In this document: positions 53,922 through 63,030 of the stretch, one piece after another
How positions within the stretch are numbered: the stretch's first letter is position 1
How the letters are laid out: every line of letters starts with the position of its first letter
Origin: a virus
Lineage: Duplodnaviria; Caudoviricetes
Strand: one strand, 5' to 3'
DNA: 64,000 nt
IMG/VR virus record: IMGVR_UViG_3300030372_002095
Location: 1-64,000 of that record
The notes under the pieces: generated by a model
What the model saw: the letters and a program-made list of their open reading frames with translations, nothing else
What the model was told of the DNA's origin: nothing
Database searches by the model: none
Position numbers and translations under genes: made by a program

Positions 53922-54851
53922 TTAACTCTCTGATGGATTTATAAAAGCTCCGTAAGCTCCTAAACCCGCTAAGCCTCCACCGATACCTGCAAGTAAAGGA
54001 TTAGTGTAAGGTTGTTGTTGCATACCATAAGAAGATTGCATTGAAGGTGCGGTACTTAAAAGATCACTTAAAAACTGTAATCTTTGTCGTGGTTCTTGAG
54101 CTGCGCCTGTTCTAAATCTAAACTGTGCATCTTCTAAAGCTTGATTACGTTGACGTTGTGTTGCTCCTGATCCTAGCAGTCCTGCAATACCTTGTTGACC
54201 TAATTGAAATTGTTGTCCTCCAAGATTAGCAATATTAGCACCCATTGCCCCATATTGTGAAGCTGCTTGTTGTTGTCTTGCTTTTGCTGATTCACTTGTG
54301 CCGATAGCTTTGTCTTGCGCTTGCATAAAGTTTTTCGATAAGTCTTCAAATATTCTTCTTGATTTAATGTCGGCTAAATTTTTATCTAATTCTGCACCAG
54401 CAACCGCGGCTCTTGATCCACCAAATACACCTTGTTGTACTTGTTCTCCAGCCATTCTGTTTCTTGCTTTTTGTGCTTCTTGATCCATTTGCTCTAAAGC
54501 TTTTTGGGTAACATCCGCTTGGTATCGATCCATAAAGTCTTGTGTATTAGAAATTGTAGGATCATATTGTTGTGTTGCTTGTTGTAAAGCAGGCAATCCT
54601 AAACCCATTACTGCTTGACCTTGATCCAAGTAAGGTTGATAAGAAGCTACTCCTGTTTGTTGTCCTGTTGCAGGATCATAACCCATTTGCTGAGCTGCTG
54701 CATTAAAGGCTGCTGTTTCTTGGGGAGCAAAACTTGCAATACCTTGTTGATATTGTGTTGTTGGCATGTCTGCCATACCAAAACCAGACTCTAAAAGTCG
54801 ACGTCTATAATCCTCCATGTAAGGAGCTTCAAATGATGTGTTATATGCCAT
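53922..54851 (-). CDS. putative DNA transfer/ejection protein
   Basis: Gln/Ala-rich, GVFGGSR, C-terminal Gly-rich hydrophobic tail. Confidence 0.55.
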   Translation of the reverse strand: MAYNTSFEAPYMEDYRRRLLESGFGMADMPTTQYQQGIASFAPQETAAFNAAAQQMGYDPATGQQTGVASYQPYLDQGQAVMGLGLPALQQATQQYDPTISNTQDFMDRYQADVTQKALEQMDQEAQKARNRMAGEQVQQGVFGGSRAAVAGAELDKNLADIKSRRIFEDLSKNFMQAQDKAIGTSESAKARQQQAASQYGAMGANIANLGGQQFQLGQQGIAGLLGSGATQRQRNQALEDAQFRFRTGAAQEPRQRLQFLSDLLSTAPSMQSSYGMQQQPYTNPLLAGIGGGLAGLGAYGAFINPSES

Positions 54852-55618
54852 TATACTTGTTTACCCATTTTTGCTAATCTATCTTGTAGTGCATACATAA
54901 ACTGTGCACCTTTTTTCTGTGCTTCATTAGCATTCTTTGCACCCATCATAATACCTGCACCATTAACAGCATCTGTTCGTTGAACAAACTCACCATCACT
55001 TAACATAGCAGGAATAGAATCACTTGTCTTTGTACCTGGTCCTCTTATTGTACCTGTTCGTCTTGGAAAATTCATTGTGTCTCCACCTTGGTTCATATAA
55101 GCTGTAAGAGGTGGTACTTTATTTACATCATCTTCAGCTTCTTTTATGTTACTGTAAAAACCACCTTTAATACCATCATTACCATATGCTGAATAACTTA
55201 CTTCTGGTTTTCCACCCATAGCTAATTTCATAATACCACCGTCTTTACTTCTAACGGGAAAATCTTCTGCTGTAAAACTTTCATACATAGGTTGACCACT
55301 TGCATCAAAGTTTCCTGTAAAGTTTAAATTTTGTACTAAATCTGTAAGAGGAGGGGGTGTTAACTCAGGTGGTAGTCCTCCACCTGGATTATTGTAATAA
55401 TCAGAAACAATGTTTTTTTCCGCCATCATTCTGGCGTATTGTTCTTCCGCTCTTCTTTTGTCTTGTTTGCCAGCAAAATAATTTAATATAGCAGGTAATC
55501 CAAAAGCTAGAGGTCCTGCTAATCCACTAAAACGGCCCTTTCCACCAAACATTCCAGCAAAGTTTGATACTTTTTCTAATATATTTCCTAGTCCTTTAAG
55601 CATAATCTCCTTTTGCAA
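54851..55618 (-). CDS. putative internal virion protein
   Basis: GPGTKTSDSIPAMLSDGEFV motif and xxGG motifs. Confidence 0.5.
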   Translation of the reverse strand: MQKEIMLKGLGNILEKVSNFAGMFGGKGRFSGLAGPLAFGLPAILNYFAGKQDKRRAEEQYARMMAEKNIVSDYYNNPGGGLPPELTPPPLTDLVQNLNFTGNFDASGQPMYESFTAEDFPVRSKDGGIMKLAMGGKPEVSYSAYGNDGIKGGFYSNIKEAEDDVNKVPPLTAYMNQGGDTMNFPRRTGTIRGPGTKTSDSIPAMLSDGEFVQRTDAVNGAGIMMGAKNANEAQKKGAQFMYALQDRLAKMGKQV

Positions 55619-55705
55619 CTTATGGATTGAATTCGCAAGGAGGCAGGCCTTGAAGTCTTTGCCTATTTTATTCTATATTTATACGCAAATTCGGTGTAAT
55701 GTGCA

Positions 55706-56002
55706 ATGAGAAATATGAACTTTGACATAAAGAAAGTGCCGATGGTCCGTGTGACGTGGGTTGATGCCCGTGATACAGAGACAGGTTGGCTTGATATAAA
55801 GGACGTCATAGGCGCTCCTCTGGCTATATGTCAAGAAGTTGGTTGGCTGGTACACAATAATGATGAGAAAATAATTGTTATGCGCTCTTACAGTAAAGAT
55901 AAAGACGAAATATCTGGTGGTGGTGCAATAGCAATACCTAAAGGATGGATAACAAAAATAGAATATTTAGAGGTAAGTTATGGAGAAAGAAACAAGAATT
56001 AA
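55706..56002 (+). CDS. conserved small phage protein
   Basis: V.V.W.DA....GW...C..VGWL...IP.G.I. Confidence 0.6.
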   Translation: MRNMNFDIKKVPMVRVTWVDARDTETGWLDIKDVIGAPLAICQEVGWLVHNNDEKIIVMRSYSKDKDEISGGGAIAIPKGWITKIEYLEVSYGERNKN

Positions 56003-56672
56003 TAGTTTATTTGGTGAAACTATTTATTGCACAAACGTAGAAAATGACAACCAAACAATAGCAAAACACATAGAATCTTTTGTAAAAGAAAAACCAGGTA
56101 GAACAGCAGCAACAACCGATGTTAAAGGTAATACGCATTTTACAGATTTAGAGGAAGCTAAAGATAATTTACATAAAGATAAAAAATATTTATCTTTATT
56201 TATTAAATTAAAAAAATCTATTTTAGAATTTATGACAGCAAAAGGATATAATCCTGACAAATTTGATGTTCACATTACTAAAGCATGGGCTACTTACACT
56301 GTAAAAAACCAACATATTGCTAGTCACAAACACACCGCAAGTCATTTTAGTTTTGTTTATTATGTACGTAATAATGAGATGGGCAATATACGTTTTGAAA
56401 AAGAATTAGCGGCACAAACAGGATTATTTATTCCACCAACAGATCAATATATTGTTGATTGGAATCAATTTAATTTTTCTAGTTATATTATTCCGGTAAG
56501 AACAAATAATCTAATAGTATTTCCAAGTGGTTTGTTACATTATACTGAAGTGAATACAAAAGAAGAACCTCGAATAAGTATAAGTGGAGATATATTACTT
56601 ACTATGAAACCTGGTGTAAAAACAGAACACTGTATACCTCATCCAAGTGGTTGGGATACTATTTCAAATTAG
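55980..56672 (+). CDS. putative 2OG-Fe(II) oxygenase (TIGR02466-like)
   Basis: KAWAT...HIASHKHTASHFSFVYY, LIVFPSGLLHYT, RISISGDI. Confidence 0.75.
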   Translation: MEKETRINSLFGETIYCTNVENDNQTIAKHIESFVKEKPGRTAATTDVKGNTHFTDLEEAKDNLHKDKKYLSLFIKLKKSILEFMTAKGYNPDKFDVHITKAWATYTVKNQHIASHKHTASHFSFVYYVRNNEMGNIRFEKELAAQTGLFIPPTDQYIVDWNQFNFSSYIIPVRTNNLIVFPSGLLHYTEVNTKEEPRISISGDILLTMKPGVKTEHCIPHPSGWDTISN

Positions 56673-56702
56673 TTGTCAAGAAAACATTTTTAAAAAGATT
56701 AC

Positions 56703-57017
56703 TTGATAATCATGACAGATGTGTTTAAATTAGATCTCACCCCAAAATTAAAATCAACAGGAGAAAATATGGAAAACCAAGAAGTATTGAAGGCCATAGC
56801 TGTCCTCGCTGACAAGGTGAGTCGCTATCATGAACGTTTATTAGCATTAGAAAGAGATCACAAAAGACACACAGACGGATGTTCGTGTCAAGAAAAACCA
56901 AAAGAAATAGCTAAAGGTCCTTCTTACCCTAGTATTGGTAGACCATTAACCGAAGATGAAAGAATTTTTGTTCAAGAAAACATGGCTAAACATAAGGCAG
57001 CAGCAAATGGATCCTAA
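56703..57017 (+). CDS. hypothetical coiled-coil protein with CSC motif
   Basis: RBS GGAG precedes the internal MENQE start; HTDGCSCQE. Confidence 0.5.
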   Translation: MIIMTDVFKLDLTPKLKSTGENMENQEVLKAIAVLADKVSRYHERLLALERDHKRHTDGCSCQEKPKEIAKGPSYPSIGRPLTEDERIFVQENMAKHKAAANGS

Positions 57018-57087
57018 TTGTCCTACCTGTGGGTGTGAAAAAGAAAAGTGTATTTGCGATGATTTCTGTGAAAACTGCGGGGCTTAA
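57007..57087 (+). CDS. 26-aa Cys-rich metallothionein-like peptide (not in ORF track)
   Basis: Own translation: MDPNCPTCGCEKEKCICDDFCENCGA (7 Cys); overlaps the upstream gene end; stop overlaps the convergent gene's stop. Confidence 0.55.
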   Translation: MDPNCPTCGCEKEKCICDDFCENCGA

Positions 57088-57341
57088 TCGTTTTCAGTTT
57101 CACCAAATACATCTGGTAACTTTGTTACCTTTACTTGTATATTAGTTTCAATATCATCAGCTGTTGTATCTGTTTCTGGATTGTCAACATCTGCCTTGGC
57201 TGCTTCTTCCGAATCATAATCAGCACCTGTTTTTTTATTTTTAACTTCTCTATGAACTTCAGGTTGTAATACAGCCACTTCTTGACCATTAACAATTTCT
57301 TTTCCAATTTCTTTTGATTCTTGTACTTTTTTAAACGTCAT
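57084..57341 (-). CDS. acidic hypothetical protein
   Basis: ATGA coupling with the upstream gene. Confidence 0.55.
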   Translation of the reverse strand: MTFKKVQESKEIGKEIVNGQEVAVLQPEVHREVKNKKTGADYDSEEAAKADVDNPETDTTADDIETNIQVKVTKLPDVFGETEND

Positions 57342-57700
57342 TGTGTAATCTCCATATAATTAAGTAAAATTTTAACACCAGCACCAGTTAATTTTATTTG
57401 ATCAGCTTGTTCCAAAACCACTGTAACAATTTTTTCCACTTCAGTAGCATCTGCTAAACTATCTTTATACAACTCTACCTCTAAGCTACTATTACTTGAA
57501 TCTAGCATTGTAACTGTAGTTGCTACTGCCCCACCTGATTGATTAGACAAGTAAAAACTTTTTACTATGGTAGTTGTAGGTAATACAGGAGGTTGCGAAT
57601 TTTGATCCGCAGTAGGAACTGTATACACAGCTCCTGTGCCTGTTAAGGTAGAACTTTTAAATGCATCAGCCAAGAAACCACGTCCTTGCTGTAGATTCAT
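57338..57700 (-). CDS. virion structural protein (beta-sandwich)
   Basis: VYTVP...TIVKS...N...VLEQAD.IK pattern; true start probably near 57673. Confidence 0.55.
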   Translation of the reverse strand: MNLQQGRGFLADAFKSSTLTGTGAVYTVPTADQNSQPPVLPTTTIVKSFYLSNQSGGAVATTVTMLDSSNSSLEVELYKDSLADATEVEKIVTVVLEQADQIKLTGAGVKILLNYMEITQ

Positions 57701-57833
57701 CTTTTAAATCTTGTTGATAACCAAAATTTAATTGTTGTACTATTTGCTCAAGTAACCTTGTCAATATATCAATTATAGTTGGTTGATATTCCGGAGTTGC
57801 TTGAGGAAATCTTGTTGTTGTTATTTTAGCCAT
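57666..57833 (-). CDS. 55-aa protein (not in ORF track)
   Basis: Own translation: MAKITTTRFPQATPEYQPTIIDILTRLLEQIVQQLNFGYQQDLKDESTARTWFLG; TAATG coupling to the tail gene. Confidence 0.6.
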   Translation of the reverse strand: MAKITTTRFPQATPEYQPTIIDILTRLLEQIVQQLNFGYQQDLKDESTARTWFLG

Positions 57834-59665
57834 TATCTACCTCCATCTGGTTGTACATCTAAACGTAAAGTTCCGTATCGCCATTTATCACCTACGGCAT
57901 CACTGTCAATACGTATATTTGCTTGTCTTCCTCTACCTCTTAAATCAAATTTTTCTGTAGTAGGAGTTATTGTTCTTGTTACTGTAGTAGGAGTAGTAGA
58001 ACTAGGATATGTTTTAAATCTAAGCGTTATATCTACAGTTCCTGTTAAATCTTTAAAGTTAGGTATACCTCTTCCTATATGTAAAAATGGTTGTCCATCA
58101 GCAATATCAAAATCACCTGATTCTATAAAAGCATCTATTGCCGTTGTTACATTATCATCTCCTGTTTCGTGTTGAAATAATGTAGTAGCTCCTGCTGTTA
58201 ATCCATTTATAGTGTCATTGGTAGCAATTGCTGTAGTAGAATATTCTGTTGCATATGGTTTTTGATATACACCATAATCTATCCATGTTGTTCTAGCTAA
58301 ACTACCTGTAGACCAACAGTTTTCTAAATAATTATAAGTCACATATCTATCTATTTGTGTAGAACTATTTGAAGTGTAAAACCAAGTAACTTCATTAAAT
58401 TCGGAATTAACAGCTGCAAAAGTTTCTGGTTGATTGGTAATACTAAAATCTTCAAATACATAATCTTGCACACTACAAGGCATTTTAGATATAGCACCAT
58501 CAAATTTATAAAAAGAATTTTGTGACATCCAAAAAGCTGTACCGTTTACATCTACTGCTGAGTGTAAAGATACTGCTCCACAGTTTGCACCAATTTGTGT
58601 TAGGTTAAAAGTAAAAGGTGCACCAACAAATTGTAATGCATTTAATGATGTATCTGTCCACACTAAAACAGCATTACGAGATCTAACTGCTGTTACAATC
58701 TTTGATCCATCTTGTATTCTAAAAGAACCTGCTGTGTTTGTAGCAGTTGGTACCCAAGTATTATAATCTTCTTGAGAAGCAAAACGTAAAAATAAATCAT
58801 CTTGTGTAGTGCTTGAACCAATTGTAGTTTCGGTTCCAAATAAAAATACATGTCTGTCAGGCATTGATACAAGATTAAAACTAGAGACTGTTGGAGCATT
58901 AGAAATAACCGCTGCTCTCGTTCCTGTGCCTGTAGATGTATCCCACCTAAAAGTATTTCCATTATTTACTGTTGCTAATAAATCCTCACCAAAATTATCA
59001 AAAGACCAATTACGTCCATCAATAGTAACATTAGATGTAGAACGAGCCGTGCCCCATGCTTCTTTACCCCACTGATATGTACCCCATCCATAACCATACT
59101 GTGATACAGCTGTTCCAACAGAAAGTTGATAAGTAGCTGTGGCTGTTTCACTTGATGTTCCTGTGCTTGTAGCAGCGGTTGCTGTAGTAATTGTGTAAGT
59201 ATTAGCAGAAGGAACTGTTAATATTTCATATTCTGCATCCATAGTAGCTGCAGGTATTCCATTTACTGCTCCTGAAGTAGAAGATATTGTAACAAAATCA
59301 CCTACCTCTGCGTTATGACTTGGATCAGTTACTGTAACACTTGTACTAGAAAATGTTTCAAAACCTGTAATAGAGCCTGTTGCTCTTATAGGTGTTATAT
59401 CGTAAGCTACACCTTCTGAATAAATATATAATTTTCTATCTGTTCCGATAGCCGTGTACCGTACACCATCTAAATCTGTCCATGCGTGCATATCTCTTGC
59501 TACGCCTACTAAAGTATTATTAATTAATTTTATCCATCCACCAATTTTTTCTGGAAGACCATAACGAAAGCGTACAAAATCAGAATCAGTCCAACGTCCT
59601 GCAGCTCCGTATTCTGTATCTTGTTTATCAATACCAGGGGCAAATGCTATTTTAGTAAGTGGCAT
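57833..59665 (-). CDS. tail hub/stabilisation protein (P22 gp10 / tail tubular B-like)
   Basis: PGIDKQDT...RFRYGLPEKIGGW, beta-propeller-like repeats, LRGRGRQ. Confidence 0.7.
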   Translation of the reverse strand: MPLTKIAFAPGIDKQDTEYGAAGRWTDSDFVRFRYGLPEKIGGWIKLINNTLVGVARDMHAWTDLDGVRYTAIGTDRKLYIYSEGVAYDITPIRATGSITGFETFSSTSVTVTDPSHNAEVGDFVTISSTSGAVNGIPAATMDAEYEILTVPSANTYTITTATAATSTGTSSETATATYQLSVGTAVSQYGYGWGTYQWGKEAWGTARSTSNVTIDGRNWSFDNFGEDLLATVNNGNTFRWDTSTGTGTRAAVISNAPTVSSFNLVSMPDRHVFLFGTETTIGSSTTQDDLFLRFASQEDYNTWVPTATNTAGSFRIQDGSKIVTAVRSRNAVLVWTDTSLNALQFVGAPFTFNLTQIGANCGAVSLHSAVDVNGTAFWMSQNSFYKFDGAISKMPCSVQDYVFEDFSITNQPETFAAVNSEFNEVTWFYTSNSSTQIDRYVTYNYLENCWSTGSLARTTWIDYGVYQKPYATEYSTTAIATNDTINGLTAGATTLFQHETGDDNVTTAIDAFIESGDFDIADGQPFLHIGRGIPNFKDLTGTVDITLRFKTYPSSTTPTTVTRTITPTTEKFDLRGRGRQANIRIDSDAVGDKWRYGTLRLDVQPDGGR

Positions 59666-60579
59666 TAAGTCATCCTCATAAATCTATAATTAAGTTCACC
59701 TGCACCACCATCCGAACCACTACTTTGTGGTTGTGCACCACCTCCGCCACCACCAGAACCTCTTGTCCCAGCAGAACCAGAACCCCCAGCAGGAGCACCA
59801 GATCCACCTGATACAGCGCCTGGACCAGAATAAGAAGATCCACCTGTGCCACCGGTAATTGAACAGTTATCTCCACCACAGTTACCGGGATTTGTTCCTG
59901 CAGTTCCTGATCCATTAGAATTAAATGTTCCAACAGGACCAGAATTAAAGGTGGTTATATTAAGACCATCAACAGTAGTGCCTGTAGTTAAAACTGTTCC
60001 TGAAATTGTTGCTGCCCCTCCTACACTTGCATTATTTGAACGAAGAGGTCCTTGAACTCCTCCTCCGGTTCCCGATCCACCTGTACCACCAGCCAAAGAA
60101 AAAAGAGAACCTGAAGTTGAACCTGTAATAGAAGTTGCTGATCCACTACCAGCAGTTGTATTATAAGCCGAACCCGTTGAAGCAGCGCCTGCTGTACCAG
60201 CAGTTATTGTAAGAGTTTCACCTCCTGTAACACTAAAAACTTTATCAGATATGTAACCACCAGAAGCTCCACCTGCTCCTGCTGACTCTCCGCCAGCTTT
60301 ATCATATTCAGCACCTTTAACACCACCAGATCCACCTCCAACAGCGTACTGTACATGAATAGCATTAGCATTTGCTGGAACAGCTACAGAACCAACAGCA
60401 GATGAATAACCTGTAGTATCAAATAAAGTAAAAGTAGTTCGCCATGAACCACCATCTTTTACATATGCATTTATAATTGTTTTGTTGGTAAAGGATGTAC
60501 TATCTCGAACGTAAAGTTGAGTTCCAGCAGAAGAACTTATCTCCCGCCAAGTACCGCCATCTTTAACATAAATTGGCAT
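59665..60579 (-). CDS. Gly-rich tail fibre/spike subunit
   Basis: YVKDGG.W repeated twice at the N-terminus; Gly-rich domain. Confidence 0.6.
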   Translation of the reverse strand: MPIYVKDGGTWREISSSAGTQLYVRDSTSFTNKTIINAYVKDGGSWRTTFTLFDTTGYSSAVGSVAVPANANAIHVQYAVGGGSGGVKGAEYDKAGGESAGAGGASGGYISDKVFSVTGGETLTITAGTAGAASTGSAYNTTAGSGSATSITGSTSGSLFSLAGGTGGSGTGGGVQGPLRSNNASVGGAATISGTVLTTGTTVDGLNITTFNSGPVGTFNSNGSGTAGTNPGNCGGDNCSITGGTGGSSYSGPGAVSGGSGAPAGGSGSAGTRGSGGGGGGAQPQSSGSDGGAGELNYRFMRMT

Positions 60580-60585
60580 AATGCA

Positions 60586-60837
60586 TTATGTATATTTGTA
60601 CCAAATATCTCCATCAGATCCACCACTTGGTGAGGATGTACTTACTGTTCTTGCGCCATTAGCATTTGTTCCTGCGGTAGCAGAAATAAAAGCTTGTACA
60701 TCACTACCTATTGCAACGCCTAAATTAGTTCTAGATGTTCCTTTATTAGCCACATCATCTAAGTTTTCTGATTCTTGCATTACACCAGTAACAGCAGTAC
60801 CTGAGAATTTATATTTGATAGATTCATAAGTTGCCAT
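60586..60837 (-). CDS. small tail-fibre-associated protein
   Basis: NLDDVAN...RTNLG and SPSGGSDGDIWY motifs typical of fibre segments. Confidence 0.55.
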   Translation of the reverse strand: MATYESIKYKFSGTAVTGVMQESENLDDVANKGTSRTNLGVAIGSDVQAFISATAGTNANGARTVSTSSPSGGSDGDIWYKYT

Positions 60838-60838
60838 A

Positions 60839-61546
60839 TTACTTCTCCGTTAATTTCCAACCATAAGTTGCGCCTGAGTATACTAAACTAAAAGCTGCAT
60901 CTTCGGTTGCTACAGTTAAATCTGCTGTAGCTCCATTAATTTTTAAACTGTTTCTTCCGATTGTTAAATTGTTTGTATCAAATGTACTTGCTAAATCTAC
61001 AAATCTTACCTCATCTCCTGTAGCAGGAGCTGCCGGTAAAGTAATTGTAAATGCCCCACCAGTTGTATCAGCAAAGATTTTATCTCCACTTAAAGCTGTG
61101 TAGGTAGTTGTTTTAGTAACCCATGTGCCACCCGATGTTTGGAGTTCATACCAATTAGTACCATCAGTGGCCAAGAAAACACTTGTTTGAGGATTAATAA
61201 CATAGGTATTACCTGAAGCCCCTAGTCTAGCTGTAACCGTATATGTTGCTGCCGCATTTCGTAAAAAATATAATTTTTCTTTTGCTGTAAATTGTACGAT
61301 GTGATTAGCTGCTGCATTCGTAAATATAATAGCTGCTTGTCTATTTTCATTATCAGCTTGAGTCTGTGGTCCATCAGTAGCTGTTAAAACTGTCGTGGTT
61401 CCAGATGATATATTCTTTGTATATACACCAGCAATTGACTGTTCTAAAGATTGTGAAAAATTGTTATTGGTTGTTGTCCCCCAAGCATTTGCTTGATCTC
61501 CTATTCCAATTAACTCAATTTGTAGTCTATTTGAATATGTTGACAT
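60839..61546 (-). CDS. tail fibre proximal-like protein
   Basis: G.QANAWGTTTN N-terminus; C-terminal gp34-like DTTGGAFTITLPA.PA.GDEV domain shared with the four paralogues. Confidence 0.6.
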   Translation of the reverse strand: MSTYSNRLQIELIGIGDQANAWGTTTNNNFSQSLEQSIAGVYTKNISSGTTTVLTATDGPQTQADNENRQAAIIFTNAAANHIVQFTAKEKLYFLRNAAATYTVTARLGASGNTYVINPQTSVFLATDGTNWYELQTSGGTWVTKTTTYTALSGDKIFADTTGGAFTITLPAAPATGDEVRFVDLASTFDTNNLTIGRNSLKINGATADLTVATEDAAFSLVYSGATYGWKLTEK

Positions 61547-61553
61547 AATTTAC

Positions 61554-62372
61554 CTAAGCTGCATCTCGCCATGTATTTGTAGCAGAATCATCAACGATTG
61601 TCCAAGTATTTGTGGCTGAGTCATCGACAACCTGCCATGCATATACACCTGAATCTCCTAACGTTAAAGTCATGCTCTGACCTGTTACTTCTACTTTAGC
61701 TTGAGCATCAACTGTAACTGTGCCGAGAGCCGTGTTAACTGCTTGACCTGTCGGTAAAATTGCAGCATCTGCTGATATTACAGATGCACCAAGTGATGCT
61801 GTCATTGATTGTCCAGTCACCGCTGCTACGGTTGCGGTAACTACACTTACCGTTCCTAAAGCAGATGTTAAAGCTTGTCCTGTTACAACAGGAGTTGTAA
61901 GAGCTTCAACGCTAACTGTTCCAGTAGCCGTGGTCATTGATTGACCTGTCAATGCTCCTGTATTAGCCGTCGCTGTTACTGTTTCATCACCTAAGAATAA
62001 ATCTAAAGCAGGTTCAGCCGAAGCATCAATTGATACTTGTCCACCTGCTGTTACAGCAAATGTTCCTATAACTGGATTTAATTCAAAACCACTTACAGTA
62101 ACCGTAGGATTTGCCACCGCAACTGCTGTTGCTGTTCCTAATGCTGATGTTATTTCCTCTCCTGTTACTGCAGCAACAGAAGTTGTTACAACAGTTTCAT
62201 TACCTAAAGTAACAGTTAAATCTTGCCCTGTTTCAACAACAGTAGTTCCTGCACCAGCAGTCTCTGCTCCTAAACTTACTGTTAAAGCTTGACCTGTAAC
62301 AACCGCAATAGCGTCTTGTTTACCTAATGATGATATCGGTCCTTCTGCAAAGGCTAAAATTCCTAGAGTCAT
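61554..62372 (-). CDS. Thr/Val/Ala-rich virion protein (allele lacking the cupredoxin-like insert)
   Basis: Collinear with 13..1221, 130 aa shorter. Confidence 0.7.
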   Translation of the reverse strand: MTLGILAFAEGPISSLGKQDAIAVVTGQALTVSLGAETAGAGTTVVETGQDLTVTLGNETVVTTSVAAVTGEEITSALGTATAVAVANPTVTVSGFELNPVIGTFAVTAGGQVSIDASAEPALDLFLGDETVTATANTGALTGQSMTTATGTVSVEALTTPVVTGQALTSALGTVSVVTATVAAVTGQSMTASLGASVISADAAILPTGQAVNTALGTVTVDAQAKVEVTGQSMTLTLGDSGVYAWQVVDDSATNTWTIVDDSATNTWRDAA

Positions 62373-62406
62373 AAGACTCTATTTTAACTATAAAAAGTGA
62401 TTTAGT

Positions 62407-63030
62407 CTACCGTGCTTTTTTATAATATGCAGGTAATCCTAACATAGGTCTACCATCAAAAGCGTTACTTTCTTCAAATTGACCTTGTTTATTATTATAA
62501 TGTAAAAATACTTGACCACAGTCTTGACCTTCAAAAGCATCTCTCCAATGCTCAAGATCACATCCACTATAAACCAACATATCTCCTGGTTTTAAAATAA
62601 CTTTTTTACCTTTATTGCCCAATCCTTCGGTGGGATCTAAATATATAGGCCACTCATCACCCCCAAGATTTAAGGTACATGATATTTCACAAGATGGTCT
62701 ATCTTTATGTCGGTGTAATATATCACCATATTTATAAATACGAGCATATGTATAAGTAGGAACTAAATTCATTTTTGTAACAGCCATCATTTTTGGTCTT
62801 ACTCTTACCATTAATGTTTCCATTACAAGATCTGCATAATGAGAATAGGTGTCAGGTATTTGCTCATCTTTCCACGTTCCCCAGCTATCATCAAAAGGAG
62901 ATATATATTGTGTATCTTGTAAATGTTTTGCTACTTGTCTTTTATTTAAAAAGTAAGCATAACAAAAACTAGCTACATCTTTGGGTATGGCTCTTTTAAC
63001 TACTTCATATTTATCTTTTTCAAAACTCAT
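62407..63030 (-). CDS. 2OG-Fe(II) oxygenase-like protein (second allele)
   Basis: 11 substitutions versus 1256..1879 by my count. Confidence 0.75.
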   Translation of the reverse strand: MSFEKDKYEVVKRAIPKDVASFCYAYFLNKRQVAKHLQDTQYISPFDDSWGTWKDEQIPDTYSHYADLVMETLMVRVRPKMMAVTKMNLVPTYTYARIYKYGDILHRHKDRPSCEISCTLNLGGDEWPIYLDPTEGLGNKGKKVILKPGDMLVYSGCDLEHWRDAFEGQDCGQVFLHYNNKQGQFEESNAFDGRPMLGLPAYYKKAR

